A DNA stretch of 64,000 nt from Octopus vulgaris. Its lineage: Eukaryota. The notes beneath the pieces are model-generated. The model saw nothing but the letters and a program-made list of their open reading frames with translations, did not search any database and had not been told where the DNA came from. Below, one piece after another: positions 29,005 through 42,708 of the stretch. The translations under genes were made by a program, and so were the position numbers. Location of the stretch: NCBI GenBank assembly GCA_951406725.2, contig OX597834.1, forward strand, positions 40,424,001-40,488,000. The letters are read 5' to 3'. Every line of letters starts with the position of its first letter. The first letter of the stretch is position 1.

Positions 29005-30154
29005 AGGAGAAAGTGTGAAGCAGACAAGCTGTCTGCAGAGAACAGCGAACAAACAGAAATCTTTTTGATCAGAAATAATCTGGACGAAATTCTGTCTCCT
29101 GTTTTCCCAACAAGTTCCATAACAACCAGAAATCTACAGATCTTTCTCTCCATTCCAGTTAGAATCAAAACCATTAATCCTTTCTCGTTGGTTTCAAATC
29201 GACATTTCTTTCTTTCTTTCTTTCTTGGATTTTTTATTTATTTATTTATTTATTTTTTTTGGTCTTAAATATCAAATAGACAAAGAAAGAAAAACGAAGG
29301 AAAGGGACAGAGATTAGTACACGAAACACTCTTTTATCGTCATTCCTTGTAGAAAATGGACTAAAAATTCTTATCACACATTACACATCACCGTATTTCC
29401 GTTTATCAATATCGGACCTAAGATGGATAATAATTCTTTTAAGCTCATTCTTAAAAGTAAAGCTTTTTGAATATTCATTATTTGAGCCTCGCTTTTGATT
29501 TAAATAAACGCCGAAGACGAAGGCGGCAAAGACGTTGTCGCGTTCGTTTTCTAACGATATTATATGCGCGCGCATATCCTCCGACTGACTGAATGCTGCA
29601 GACGCCAATTATAAGGTCAAACTTCAGATATCATCCATATTGTGTCGTTGCATTAATGTCTGAACTGATGCATTCGTACAAATTGAAAACTAAAACAACA
29701 ACAACAACGTCAAGAAGGAATCCTATAAACTGCAACAAAACAAACAGCGTTCACCCGATATGAACATATTTGGCATAAATATTAATAAATATGAGAATAC
29801 GAGAAATGTTCAATATTCCTATAATTCACAGCCAAACAGCTCGGCTGTCAAAATATCATAAATATGGCGTTTATTACTCAGATTGAAAGACTTCAAATTT
29901 TTTTTTTAAATTTCATTTAAATTTCATTATTGTGGTTGAGTTAGAGAAGAAAGGAAGGTCTTTTTCACTGTTTTCGAAGGTGGGAGGAAAGCAGCGATCT
30001 TCACAAAGTGCTTTCAACGAAATGAACTAAGCTAAATAAAAAAAAGAAAAGAAAGAAAACGAAATTATGTGATCAGGTGAAATGTTAAACGGGGAGACGA
30101 ATTAATTCTTCAATAGAAGGACACGAAGTCTCTCCAATGTGCTTCCACACAGCC

Positions 30155-30355
30155 TCTGTTTAAACCTATCATCTGCCGTTTAAATCCACCGTTTAATTTG
30201 CCATTTAACTCTTCCATCTACCGTTTAAATCAACCGTTTAAATCCATCATCTAACATCTGCTGTTTACATTTATCATCTACCGTTTAAATCTACCAGTGC
30301 CGTATAAATATGCTGTTTAAATCTTTCGTTTAAATGTACAATTTAAATATACCAT
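30155..30355 (+). repeat. Degenerate ~13-bp minisatellite (CCGTTTAAATCYA)
   Basis: GTTTAAAT-like core recurs about ten times. Confidence 0.75.
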
Positions 30356-30600
30356 AAATATTAATAAATACGAAAATAAAGGGGGAGTTCAATATTCCTA
30401 TAATTCGCAACGAAACAACTCGACTTTACAAATATTATAAATATGGCGTTTATTATTAAAATTCTTTGAGATATTGCTTTTTAACGAAACATTGCAAACT
30501 TGTGTTTATATTAATTTTAGCGAATCGCTAAATCATCCGGTAATTTCGATGACGAAAACGTAAATACTAATGGCAAAGCGAGTCCGGAAAGAGCCGAACA

Positions 30601-30669
30601 ATCGAGCAGTCTTAAATGATGAGGCAACGGAAATTGCCGAAACTGACGTCAGTATTAAGAATTCTCGAT
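30601..30669 (+). ncRNA. Extended type I hammerhead ribozyme motif (A at position 3)
   Basis: AUCGAG-CAG-UCUUAA-AUGAUGA-GGCAA-CGGAAA-UUGCC-GAA-ACUGAC-GUCAGU-A-UUAAGA-AUU-CUCGAU. Confidence 0.75.
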
Positions 30670-30889
30670 CAGCACTTTTCGTACGATTATGCTGCCTGTT
30701 AGTGTTTGCGTTTTCATTCATGCGCGTTAACTACAACGTTAGAGCAGTTTCGCTCTTATTTCAATTTATGTATGTATTTGTATATATACATATATATGTA
30801 TATGTATATAAAAGAAGGTTTGAAAATGCAATTTTAAAAGGTGTTTATTCACTTACCGGTTTCACTGTTTTACCATAAATGGTAAAACA

Positions 30890-30913
30890 CACAGACACAA
30901 CCACACACACACC

Positions 30914-30945
<32 letters not shown>

Positions 30946-31114
30946 CATATACGACAGGCTTCTTTCAGTTTCCGTTTACCAAATCCACTCACAAGGCTTT
31001 GGTCGGCTCGAGGCTATAGTAGAAGACACTTGCCCAAGGTGCCACGCAGTAGGTACTGAACCCGGAGCCATGTGGCTGGTAAGCAAGCTTCTTACCAGAC
31101 AGCCACTCCTGCGC
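30890..31114 (-). mobile_element. SINE family 1, 5' half
   Basis: Matches the head and core of 4715-5131. Confidence 0.85.
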
Positions 31115-31155
31115 GTCTATGTGTATATGTTTGTGTGTTTGTATATGTGTGCAGC

Positions 31156-31362
31156 CACCTGGCAAAAATGAGTTGCACCTGTGCAAAAATGTGTGCTTAC
31201 CTGGCAAAAATGAGTCGCACCTGTATTTGAAATCAAAGGGCCAGCCATGTCACATTTAAATCTGACTGAGAACTACTTGTGTGCGGAGTGCTCAGCCAAT
31301 TGCACGTTCATTTCACGAGCAGGCTGTTTCGTTGCTCGGATCAACTGGAACATGCGTCGTCA
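31156..31362 (+). mobile_element. SINE family 3 fragment with a triplicated ~21-bp segment
   Basis: Matches 39165-39350; ACCTGGCAAAAATGAG-like unit occurs three times at 31156-31224. Confidence 0.7.
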
Positions 31363-31793
31363 TAAGATACAAATAGGGAGATTTCACAGCTATTTCTAGC
31401 ACACCGAGTGAGTATGCTTTAAAGGTTCCTCGTTGATTCACCGTAGTAGCACTTGTTGCATTTGTTGTTGTTGGTGTTGTTTTTTATTGTTGTTGTAATG
31501 CTGAACTTGTTTGCTTGTTCTAATACTGGGGCTTTGCAGTTTGTTTGTTTGTTGTTGTTGTTGGTATGTATTTCAGAGAGAGAGAGGGGGAGAGAGAGAG
31601 AGAGGGAGAGAGAGGGGGAGAGAGAAGGGGAGAGAGAAGGGGAGAGGAGGAGAGATAGGAAAAGGGAGAGAGGGGTGGTAGGAGAGGGATACGGGGGAAA
31701 CAAATCCCTTTGAACTGATCTCTCGTCAGAAATCACTCCGATTGTCAGATGTGGTTATAAAACGCATGTAATGGGAATAGAGTGATGGGAGGG

Positions 31794-31829
<36 letters not shown>

Positions 31830-32048
31830 GGAGGGAAAGAGGTAAAGAGAGACGGAGGGAGGGAGAGCGGGAGGGAGGTGGAGGAAAGTGAGCGGAGCAG
31901 AGGGGGAAGTGAAAACGGATGTATGCGTATGTGTATGTGTGTATGTTTGTGTATGTGTGTACGTATGTGCATGCGCACGTATCTGTGTATGAATACGCAA
32001 GTTTTTTCCCGTGTGTATAAGAACTCGCTCGCATGTGTGTGTGTGTAT

Positions 32049-32084
<36 letters not shown>

Positions 32085-32615
32085 CGTGTGCATGTTTGTT
32101 TATGTGTTTATGTATGTATATATGTGTGTGTGTATATGTTTGTGGGCTTGTGTATGTGTGCGTCCGTGTATGTGCATTTTTGTATGTGCTTGTGTATGTG
32201 TGTACGGTGTATGTGCGTGCGTGCCTACGCGTGTGTGTGTGTGTAAGTGTGTATTTGTGTGTACGCACAGATGTGTGTGTGAAGTATGTGTGGTGTATGT
32301 GTGTGGGTTTATATCTTTGAGCTGTGTGTGTGTGTGTGGTGTTTGTTTTTTTATCCATTTATGTCTATGGCCTATGTGCGCGTGTGTGTATGTTTGTGTA
32401 TGATTGTACGTGTGTATGCGTGTATGTGTGTTCGTGTGCTTGTGTTGCTTGTGTGTAAGCACAGTCACGTGTGTTTGGATTAATTCGTTCGGTCTGAGTG
32501 GCAACCATCGATTCGGTCGCCATGAATTATGGAACATACCTTGTTGCAATGTCAGGTCACCACGTTATAAACGGGATGGAATAGTGGAGGAAGAGGAGAG
32601 AGATAGAGAGAGGGG

Positions 32616-32657
<42 letters not shown>

Positions 32658-32780
32658 CTCACACAGAGACAGAGGCAAAGAGATATAGAGATGATGAGAG
32701 TGAGAGAGAGAGACAGAGACATACAGACAATTAGACAGACAGAGAGAGAAAGGGAAGGAAGGGGAAGGGGAGAGGAGCAC

Positions 32781-33325
32781 AAGGCCTGAAATTTTGGGGG
32801 GAGGGGACTAGCCGATTACATCGACCCAAGAATTTCACTGGTACTTAATTTATCGACCCCGAAAAGATAACAGGCAAAGTCGACCTCAGGGGAATTTGAA
32901 CTCAGAACGTAGCGACAGGCGAAATACCTATTTCTTTACTACCCACAAGGGGCTAAATACAGAGAGGACAAACAAGGACAGGCAAATGGAGTAAGTCGAT
33001 TACATCGACCCCAGTGCGTAACTGGTACTTAATTTATCGACCCCCGAAAGGATGAAAGGCAAAGTCGACATCGGTGGAATTTGAACTCAGAACGTAGCAA
33101 CTGGCGAAATACCGCTGGGTATTTCGTCCAGCGTGCTAACGATTCTGCCAGCTCGCTGCCAAATCTTGTTAGAAGATCAGCAATTTAGGAAGAAGGGTTA
33201 AGTGGAAGGATCGAGCCCAGGCAAAATCGATCTTGGTGGAATTTTGAATTCAGAACCTAAGTACGGACAAAATATCGCTAATCGTTTTGTCCGGCATGCT
33301 AACGATTCTGCCAACTCGCAACCTT
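32781..33325 (-). mobile_element. SINE family 2 dimer (32781-33160) plus a decayed copy (33200-33325)
   Basis: Same head-body-tail-body layout and junction (GAAATACCTATTTCTTTAC) as the 36269-36658 copy. Confidence 0.85.
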
Positions 33326-33840
33326 CCAATAAATATATATTAAATACCAAACGAAATAAATCCTTGATTTATTGAAATTAAAGTTTGTTTTCTCTTTTTA
33401 AAGTTGTTTTATTTTTAATACAGAAAAACCGATAAGCGTTGGTTGAATAGAGGACTCGGTAGATTTATATATTTATTATTAAATTTATTAGACATTTTCA
33501 ATGGCTTCCAATAGTGAAATTTATGTGTGTATAAAAAACAAATTATTTACGTCGATGAAGTCTGGAAAGAAAGACTAACGACACTGTTGGAATATAACAA
33601 AAACTTAATGAATGAGAAATGGCAAATGAGGTTGACGGATTCCCCGTTCATACTGTAACATCAGGCAGCAAGTGCTTACCTATCAGAGCGTTTACGCTTG
33701 AGTCGATGCACCAAATATGCCTACCTGCATGGAATGTGATGGACGATGCTGGTATGTGTCTGTATAGAGAAAGAATATATAGGTAAATACATTGTGTATA
33801 TATACGTATATGCATATACATATAGATAATCAATATATTG

Positions 33841-33924
<84 letters not shown>

Positions 33925-33937
33925 ATCAATATATATG

Positions 33938-34076
<139 letters not shown>

Positions 34077-34103
34077 TGTTTCACATTTATGTGTTTACTC
34101 CGG

Positions 34104-34137
<34 letters not shown>

Positions 34138-34219
34138 CAGATATATGTACATAAATATATACATTATACACACAGACACATGCACGCACGCACGCACACA
34201 TACACACAAGCGCACGCAC

Positions 34220-34283
<64 letters not shown>

Positions 34284-34972
34284 AAAAGCAAAACTCACCT
34301 TACGGAACTAATTCCAAATTTCTGATACTCTTCTTAACTCCTCATCCACAAACTCTTTCATCATCACTCCTCCTTCCTCCTTCCTCATTCCTCTCTATTT
34401 CTTTCTCTTCGTTTTTGTTTTTGTTTTTTTGTTTTCCTTTTTTCTTTCTTTTTCCAGCCTATTCACCAATTTATTTTTCACTTCATTCATACACACACCA
34501 TCAACCCTTTTACCTAATGCACTCAATTTTTTTCTTTCTTTCTTTTTTTTTTTTGTTTTCTTCTCAAATACTAACCTTCCATTTTCGATATAAATAAATA
34601 AAAAAAAACACACACACCCTTCCCTCTGCCCCAACCCATCCCCAGCGAAAAAACACACTTTCAAACACACACAAAAAAAATACAAGAATCAACAAACAAA
34701 CAAACGTATAAAAAAACACCTAATATAATGCGAAATCAATGAGACAAACTATATTTTAATCAGAGCAAAACCGTTTCATGTCTTTTAGGAACTGGTCCCT
34801 TACACACATCCATACATAATCCTCTTAAAATCTCCGAGCATAAATATTTCCTTTTGTCACGTCTTCTCGCATATATTTCACATTCAGCCAATATACTTTA
34901 CTCTTATCTCTATAAACATCGCCATTTTGTGCTTACTGTTATATATATATACATATATATGTATATATATAT

Positions 34973-35099
<127 letters not shown>

Positions 35100-35474
35100 T
35101 GCCATCATTTTAGCAGACATCTTATGTGGTATATCATTTTAGCTTATTTTATATTTTTACTTTGTATTTTGCTTTGATTTTGTTGGGGTTTTTTTTAATG
35201 AAAAAAAAAAAAAATTCGAGATAGCAGCTTCAAGCTTCCAACTCAATGATTAATAATGGTCTATGTTAACTAGGCAAAACACACATTCGCTCACTCTTTC
35301 TGTCACTTCTCCAGTACTATATATGTGTGTGTGTGTGTGCACATACGTACATGTATACTATAGAGGTATGCATACATATATACATACACACACAGACACA
35401 CATATACATATGTACATACTCACATGCAGACATATACACATAGATGCATCTATCTATCTACCTATCTATCTATC

Positions 35475-35591
<117 letters not shown>

Positions 35592-35619
35592 AGATGCATA
35601 CATACATATTTACTTCATA

Positions 35620-35681
<62 letters not shown>

Positions 35682-36268
35682 CGTATGTATGTATGTATGT
35701 ATGTGTGTGTATGTATGTGTGTGTATATATACATACATATATACATATATGCTTACATAGTTATCTAATACATATGCTTGTATGCGTGCGCGCGTGTGTA
35801 ATGAAGAATTGAGGACACGAAGACACGACTGTGTTTAAGTTGAATTTTTTTGTCTTTTTTCTTTTCTTCGTTTTCCTTTGTACTTCTTAATGTTTAGATT
35901 TCAGCATTGATAGTGTTATAGACATTAATGATTCCAGACCTACCTTCCTTCCTTATCTTCTGAATGAGTTGACGGCGACGGCGCGTTCTCGATACGTTTT
36001 GTAGTAGTCAGCAGCCGATCATGGGAATAATGACGTAACAAACGCAATCATCAACTCCACCGCCGCCAGTCTAAAAACAACTGCTTATATCATTCATCAT
36101 TCATTTTTTTTTTTTTCACTTGCTTCGCCTATTGGATTGCGAGAGCCAAGAATTTTAGAAGCTGAATTTTTCTTCCGCAGTTACTTCCTGTTTAACAATC
36201 ATCGAGCAAACTTTATTGAGTTCTTAACTACTATTTGAGTGTCGTCTCTTAATATGATTGGTCAATTT

Positions 36269-36658
36269 AGGGCGGTGAACTGGTAGAATGGCTAGCCAGT
36301 CAAAATGCTTACCGGTATTTCGTCTGCCGTTACGTTCTGAGTTCAAATTCCGCCGAAATCGACTTTGCCTTTCATCCTGTCGGGATCGATTAAATAAGTA
36401 CCAGTTACGCACTGGGGTCGATATAATCGGCTTAATCCGTTTGTCTGTCCTTGTTTGTCCCCTCTATGTTTAGCCCCTTGTGGGTAGTAAAGAAATAGGT
36501 ATTTCGTTTGTCTTTACATTCTGAGTTCAAATTCCGCCGTGGTCGATTTTGCCATTCACCCTTTCGGGGGTTGATAAAATAAATACCCCTGGGGTCGAAA
36601 TAATCGACTTTCCTCCTTTTTTTCCCGAAATTGCTGGCCTTGTATCAAAATTTCAAAC
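36269..36658 (+). mobile_element. SINE family 2 dimer with perfect 19-bp TSD
   Basis: TAATATGATTGGTCAATTT at 36250-36268 and 36659-36677. Confidence 0.9.
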
Positions 36659-37279
36659 TAATATGATTGGTCAATTTCACTGTGACGTATTACCAACAGA
36701 ACGGTGTCTGGCGCTAAAACTGTCTACATCTGAAACAGATTTTCCATGTAGCATTTAGCATTTGTTATCTTGTCGAAGCCAGTGGCCACTCGGACACCGT
36801 CTGGGTGTACTGCGCCTCCTGGGCCCTTAAACTTATACACGCTTGTACAACAGACCCAAATCTATAGTCCCCATGAGAGCGTCGCTCGTGGCGGACCGCT
36901 CCTTTACCCGCCCTTGCTGCACTGTTCGTTGAACTTTTGATTATTATTAACCGTATCACTGTCACACTTTCGCTAAACACGATTATAAAAAGTGTGTTGT
37001 TACTGTTGTTGTTTAACCCCCAGTAAGCCGTAATGCAACAAGACCCATAATTAAATGTATCACATCCTTCGATTCATTCTTCCTTTATTAAGATTGTGGG
37101 TTTTAACTGGACAGGCATTTAGATAGGAAATCATTATAGCCTGAATGGGAAATGATAACAACCTCAAAGCAGTGATTGACAACTCTGTGGAGAATAGACA
37201 ACAACATGCACCAATATGGCCGCCTTCTTTTTACAGTACTTCTTGATTACTGGAACAAAATGGCTGGAAAAACTTATCT

Positions 37280-37700
37280 TCAAAAGTTACGACAGTCTCT
37301 CAAGCCTTGATGTTTGACATCCATCTAAATTGGAGCGATACCTATGAAAATCTGCTCTTGAATTATTTTCCAGAAAAAGCCCTGTCTCATCTTCATTAAA
37401 ACTTTGCTGGGGAATAAAAATGTTCTCTTGAATAATCTTCACCAAAATGGCGCCCACGGATGCATTTTCACCTTCGACGTTGATGTTATGAAAATGGCGT
37501 CGTAGCTTGAATCTATAAAACATCCTTATTGGCCTTGAAATCTTCTTTCACATAGTTTGTGAGGACTCCTTCTTAAGGTCGATGTACAACGAAAGCATTT
37601 TCTCTTGAATTACCACGTGGCTTGTGGAGATAAGCCACGTGTTTGCCGTTCAAGCCAAAGGAAAAGAACCTATTCCATATCATGTTTTTACCTTTTTTTT
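37280..37700 (-). pseudogene. pogo/Tigger (CENP-B-like) transposase remnant
   Basis: ORF 37287-37523: FYRFKLRRHFHNINVEGE...PQQSFNEDETGLF, matching the FNxDETGLF DDE motif. Confidence 0.8.
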
Positions 37701-38030
37701 TCTTGGAGATAACGGCACTCTTCATCCTGAGAAAGTATTGATCGAATGAAGATATTGAAGAAGAAAGTAAAATGAGCGAAAAAGCAAAAGATGCCACCGT
37801 ATTATGTAAAACCCATTTGTCCAAGAGATTATCGGGTTTGTTGTTTATCTCCGTTTAAATCCTGATCCAATAAGTCTTTGATCCTAGGTATCCTGGTTGT
37901 GTCTATCGCGTCATATCAGCGGTTTAAAGGACTACATTATCAAATGGCCTTTCCTTATTTGAGACTCTAAGGTGGGATTTGAAACATATTTGCTTGATAA
38001 TTCTAGCTAGTCAAGCGACTTTGTAGCTAT

Positions 38031-38510
38031 TACAGTGGGGTGGTCAGATTAATTCGTTCGTTTCTTTCAAATATTTGCATTAACATGAAAGAAATTTTTA
38101 TCGCAGTTTTCTTCTTTTTTTTTTGTAGCTCTGTTCTTCTTCGACTTCATTTTGTTTATGATTTTCCAAATTTATATAAATTTTTGCCTCTTTTATAATG
38201 ATATACGAGGATAGAGGATCAAGTAGAAAAATAAACGAGCATTTTCAAAGGCTGATTCTCTTCGCTTTCAATCAAAGTTCAAAATTTGTCAAAGCTGTTC
38301 AAGATTGGTGCTGTGTACGGTGAAGGCGCCATTATTCAAAGAACTTCACATAAATGGTTTTCACGCTTCCTGGAGGGGAAATTCGACCTCACAGACTCTC
38401 CGCGTTCCAACCGACTTGTTCAGCTCAATGAGGATCGATTGAACCAGCTCATCCAAGAGGATCCGTACCAATCAAGTAGGGATTGGCTCAGCAGTTGGGA
38501 TGCTCCCTTG
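38031..38510 (+). mobile_element. mariner remnant, 5' end and HTH region
   Basis: TA-CAGTGGGG start; YGEGAIIQRTSHKWFSRFLEGKFDLTDSPRS is a Mos1-type HTH sequence. Confidence 0.8.
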
Positions 38511-38519
38511 ATACTGTCG

Positions 38520-38872
38520 ACAGGTAAGGTCCAAAATCTTGTCGATATAAAACAACATGGTATCATTTCTGCACCCGCTCCGTTCGCTAGACTTAACACC
38601 TGCAGGTTTCCATTTCTTCTCCAAGATGAAAAGGCAGTTCAAAGGTCGCCGTTTTAACACCGTTGTCGAGATCAAGAGCGAATCGCAGAAGATCCTCTAC
38701 TCGTTTACTGAAAGCGACTTCCAGGCCAGATTCCAAAACTGGCAGAAACACTAGGACCGGTGTATTGATAAGATTACTATTTCGAAGGAGATGATGTTAA
38801 AACTTAATCTAAAATAAATAAATAAGTTTTTAATTAAACGTAACTAGTCTAGGAACTTTTTCATACCACCTC
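38520..38872 (+). mobile_element. mariner remnant, C-terminal catalytic region and 3' end
   Basis: HPLRSLDLTPAGFHFFSKMK (decayed HPPYSPDLAPxDF) ... DYFEGD; ends GAACTTTTTCATACCACCTC, which does not match the 38031 end, so possibly a second element. Confidence 0.8.
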
Positions 38873-39061
38873 ACGCTGGTTAAAATAAATAGAAAACAAA
38901 ATGAACGGCTTTATCTAACTCCAATACAGCTAGTAAGCGTGTCCAACAAATTGTGGTATGTGTGGTTAGGAGGGAAGTGTGTTTTTTTTCTCCTTTTAGT
39001 TTTTGCTTGTTTGTTCTGTTGAGCATTGTTAACAAATATCGCCTTAGGTCGGATGTTAGTG

Positions 39062-39367
39062 AAGGCGGATGGTTTAGTGGTTTGAGTATTTGGCTCACGA
39101 TCGTACGGTCGTGGGTTGTGTCCTTGAGCAAGACACTTTATTTCACCTTTCTCCAGTTCATTCCGCTGGTAAAAATGAGTAGCACCTGTATTTCAAATCA
39201 GAGGATCAGCCTTGTCACATTCTATTATACTGAATCTTACTGAGAACTACGTTAAGGGTACATGTGTCTGTGGAATGTTCAGCCACTCGCACATTAATTT
39301 CATGCGCAAGGTGTTCCGTTGATCGGATCAACTGGAACCCACATCGACGTAACCGATGGAGTGCCAA
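39062..39367 (+). mobile_element. SINE family 3 (tRNA head, CORE-like block)
   Basis: TGGTTTAGTGG A-box; GTGTCCTTGAGCAAGACACTT; 3' part recurs at 31220-31362 and 19665-19712. Confidence 0.8.
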
Positions 39368-39587
39368 GACGGATGTTGCAGTCAAGCTGAAGGCAGAATC
39401 TTCTTTCTGTTATTTCATTCTAATATTCTAAGAACTCGGCGACGTCAGCAGACAAATATTATTAGAAACAGACTTACAAGAATATCGTTCAGCAAACCGG
39501 AAATATATTGTCGCACAATGTTCTGTTGATGACCGCAGAAAATTAAGTTTAAAAATAAGCTTCAATATATACCACATTTCTATCCGT

Positions 39588-39746
<159 letters not shown>

Positions 39747-39978
39747 AATATATGTATGTCTCTCTGTCTATATCTGTCTATCTATCCTTCTGTCTATCTG
39801 TCTATCTATCCTTCTGTCTATCTATCTATCTATTTTCTATCTATCTATTTATCTATTGACTTATCAATCAATCAATCTATTTGTCTATCTATCATCATCG
39901 GTTATGTGTTTGTGATATATATATATATATGTGTGTGTGTGTGTCTGTGTATGTGTGTGTATATATTATGTATATATG

Positions 39979-40038
<60 letters not shown>

Positions 40039-40205
40039 TAGTTATCGCCAAGCTAACATGACAATCCAGAAAAATAGAACGCATGCTGCCGTTGATTAGC
40101 TCCAAGAGGCCATCGCCTCTAGCTAGCTATGTGACACACGAACCTGTGTCCATTATAACCTTCGAATAGGGGAGGTCAGCCGATTCCCTTTACTGGTCCT
40201 GGATA

Positions 40206-40244
40206 TACAGACTAGTTTCAGGGTATTTGCACCTTATCAATGTA
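40206..40244 (-). ncRNA. Minimal hammerhead motif, U3-A8 variant, in (TA)n island 40036-40260
   Basis: UACA-UUGAUAA-GGUG-CAAA-UACC-CU-GAAAC-UA-GUC-UGUA. Confidence 0.55.
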
Positions 40245-40257
40245 GAGCAGCCGAACC

Positions 40258-40313
<56 letters not shown>

Positions 40314-40410
40314 AGGGTAGAAATTGATATTAATCAATTATAAGCAGTGGTCTAGCATATTTTTTTTAAAAATCCGAAGATTAAAAATTTTTTTACATAC
40401 AAAATTTATG

Positions 40411-40481
40411 GGACTGACCACTAAAAAAATGGACAGCCTATATGCTAGATATAGGCTGTCCATTTTTTTAGTGGTCAGTCC
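40411..40481. repeat. Perfect inverted repeat, 33-bp arms, 5-nt loop
   Basis: GGACTGACCACTAAAAAAATGGACAGCCTATAT-GCTAG-reverse complement; at the end of (TA)n island 40311-40488. Confidence 0.95.
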
Positions 40482-40484
40482 TCT

Positions 40485-40551
<67 letters not shown>

Positions 40552-41059
40552 CTTAAGTGTGTATATGAGAGAGAGAGAGCTGTGTGTGCGTATGTGTGTC
40601 TGTGTGTGTGAACTCCACGTGCGTACGTTTGCACACATCACCATCATCAACAACAGCAGCAGCAACCGTAGCAGGGGTAGCAGGAACAGCAGCAGAAGCA
40701 GCAACAGCGGCAGCAGCAGCAGCAACGGCAACAGCAGCAACATGTTAGAAACGTTTTCACGTCCCCGGAAGTCAATAACTATAAACTTCTCCATTTTCTT
40801 CTCTCCAATATATTTCATTCATCCCAGCTTTGCAAACTGTACACGTGATCTTGGTCGGGTGGGTCGGTGGGTGGTGGCCTTTGGTGGGGGGGGTGGGGAC
40901 ATGCGGCGGTGTTGGTGCAGGCGTTAGTGTGAGTAGTGGGATGTGGGTAGCGGTGTGGGTGATTCTGGCCGTAACGATCGATTGATTATGATGGAGTTGT
41001 GATTCTATTTAGTGGTTTGTGGCGATGGCAGAGGCTACCTCGGCCGTAGCTAGGACGAT

Positions 41060-42540
41060 GGTTGCGTTCGTAGTGCTTGAGATGATGATGATGATGATGA
41101 TGGTAGTGTTGGCGGCGGCGGCGGAGGTGGTGCAAATGCTGGTGGTGGTGGTGCTCGTGGTGGTGGTGGTGGTGGTGATGATGTTGGTGGTGGTAGCCGT
41201 GGTCGTGGTCGTGGTGGTGGCGGCGTCGGTGGCGGTAGTGGCAGCGGCGGTGGTGGCGGCGGCGATGGCGAATGTTGTGGTGGTTGTGATGGTGATGATG
41301 ATGGTAGTGGTGGTGGGTGAATATGGTGGTGGTGGTGGTGGTGGTGGTGCAAGTGCTGGTGGTCGTTGTGGTGGTGCTGGTGGTGGTGGTGCTGGTGCTG
41401 GTGGTGCTGGTGCTGGTGGTGGTAGCAGTGGTGATGGTGGTAGTGGTGCTGGTGGCGGTCGTCGTGTTGCAAGTGCTGGTGGTGCAAATGCTGGTAGTGG
41501 TGGTGGTACCACGGTGTGGTAGTAGTGCCAGTGTTGGTGTTGGTGTTGGTGTTGGTGGTGGTAGCGTCGGTGATGTTGGCGGTGGTGGTGATGGTGGTAG
41601 TTGTGGTGGTAGTGTCGATGGTGATGCAAGTGCTGGTGATGGTGGTGGTGGTGGTGGTGGTGGCGTCGGTGGTAGAATCAAGCGGAGTGTACTACGGTTT
41701 GTGCTGTTGCTACTAAAATGGTTGCACTGTTGCTTTTGTTGTTGCTGTTGATTTTGGGGACCATGTTGGGTCCCTAAAATTTGTGTGATAGTATCGGTGG
41801 TGGCGGGGAAGGAAGTTAGTGATCGTGTTTCAGTTGCAGTAACAGCGACGATAATGATGAAGGTGAGGCATGTGGAATGAAAGTGATGATGGTGGTGGTG
41901 GTGGTGATGCTGATGATGGTGGTGGTGGTGGTGGTGGTGGTGGTGATGCTGATGATGGTGGTGGTGGTGGTGGTGGTGGTGGTGGTGATGCTGATGATGG
42001 TGGTGGTGGTGGTGGTGGTGGTGGTGGTGGTGGTATGCTGATGATGGTGGTGGTGGTGGTGGTGGTGGTGGTGGTGATGCTGATGATGGTGGTGGTGGTG
42101 GTGGTGGTGGTGGTGATGCTGATGATGGTGGTGGTGGTGGTGGTGGTGGCGGTGAGGATGATGATGATGGTGGTGGTGGTGGTGGTGGTGGCGGTGAGGA
42201 TGATGATGATGGTGGTGGTAGATGTAAGAGACTGCAGAGGTAGAAGACCTAGTGGCGGTTGTGATGATGATGGTAGTGTTGGTGGTGGTGGTGGTAGTGG
42301 TGGTGGTAGTGGTGGTGGTTGTAGTAGTGTTAGTGGTGGTGCTGGTGCTGGTGGTGGTAGTGGTGGTGGTAGTGGTGGTAGTGGTAGTGGTTGTCATGAT
42401 GACGATGATGATGCGATGCGGGTGGTGAAGTCCGTGATAGTGATGACTGATGTTGTTGGTTTTGGTGGTGGTGATGATGGTGATGGTAGTGGTTGTGATA
42501 GTGGTGGTTGTGATGGTGGTGGTGGTGGCAGATGTGGTGT
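41060..42540 (+). repeat. GGT/GAT-rich trinucleotide low-complexity region
   Basis: Direct reading. Confidence 0.9.
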
Positions 42541-42655
42541 TAAGTATAAAATTGCTGGAGGCGAATTCGCGCCAAAATTGCAAAAGTAAAAGACAGAATC
42601 TAAACAATAATTATGTCCCTAGGGAGATGAAAGAGAGATAGAGACGGAGATATGA

Positions 42656-42708
<53 letters not shown>

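Noticed and set aside
30644-30651. CRE site TGACGTCA
   Set aside because: Better explained as the palindromic helix III of the surrounding hammerhead.
31156-31224. CRISPR-like repeats
   Set aside because: No spacers and a eukaryotic context; a local triplication inside a SINE.
40986-42607. Gly/His/Thr-rich ORFs resembling structural proteins
   Set aside because: GGT-type repeats open in several frames on both strands; no splice or start evidence.
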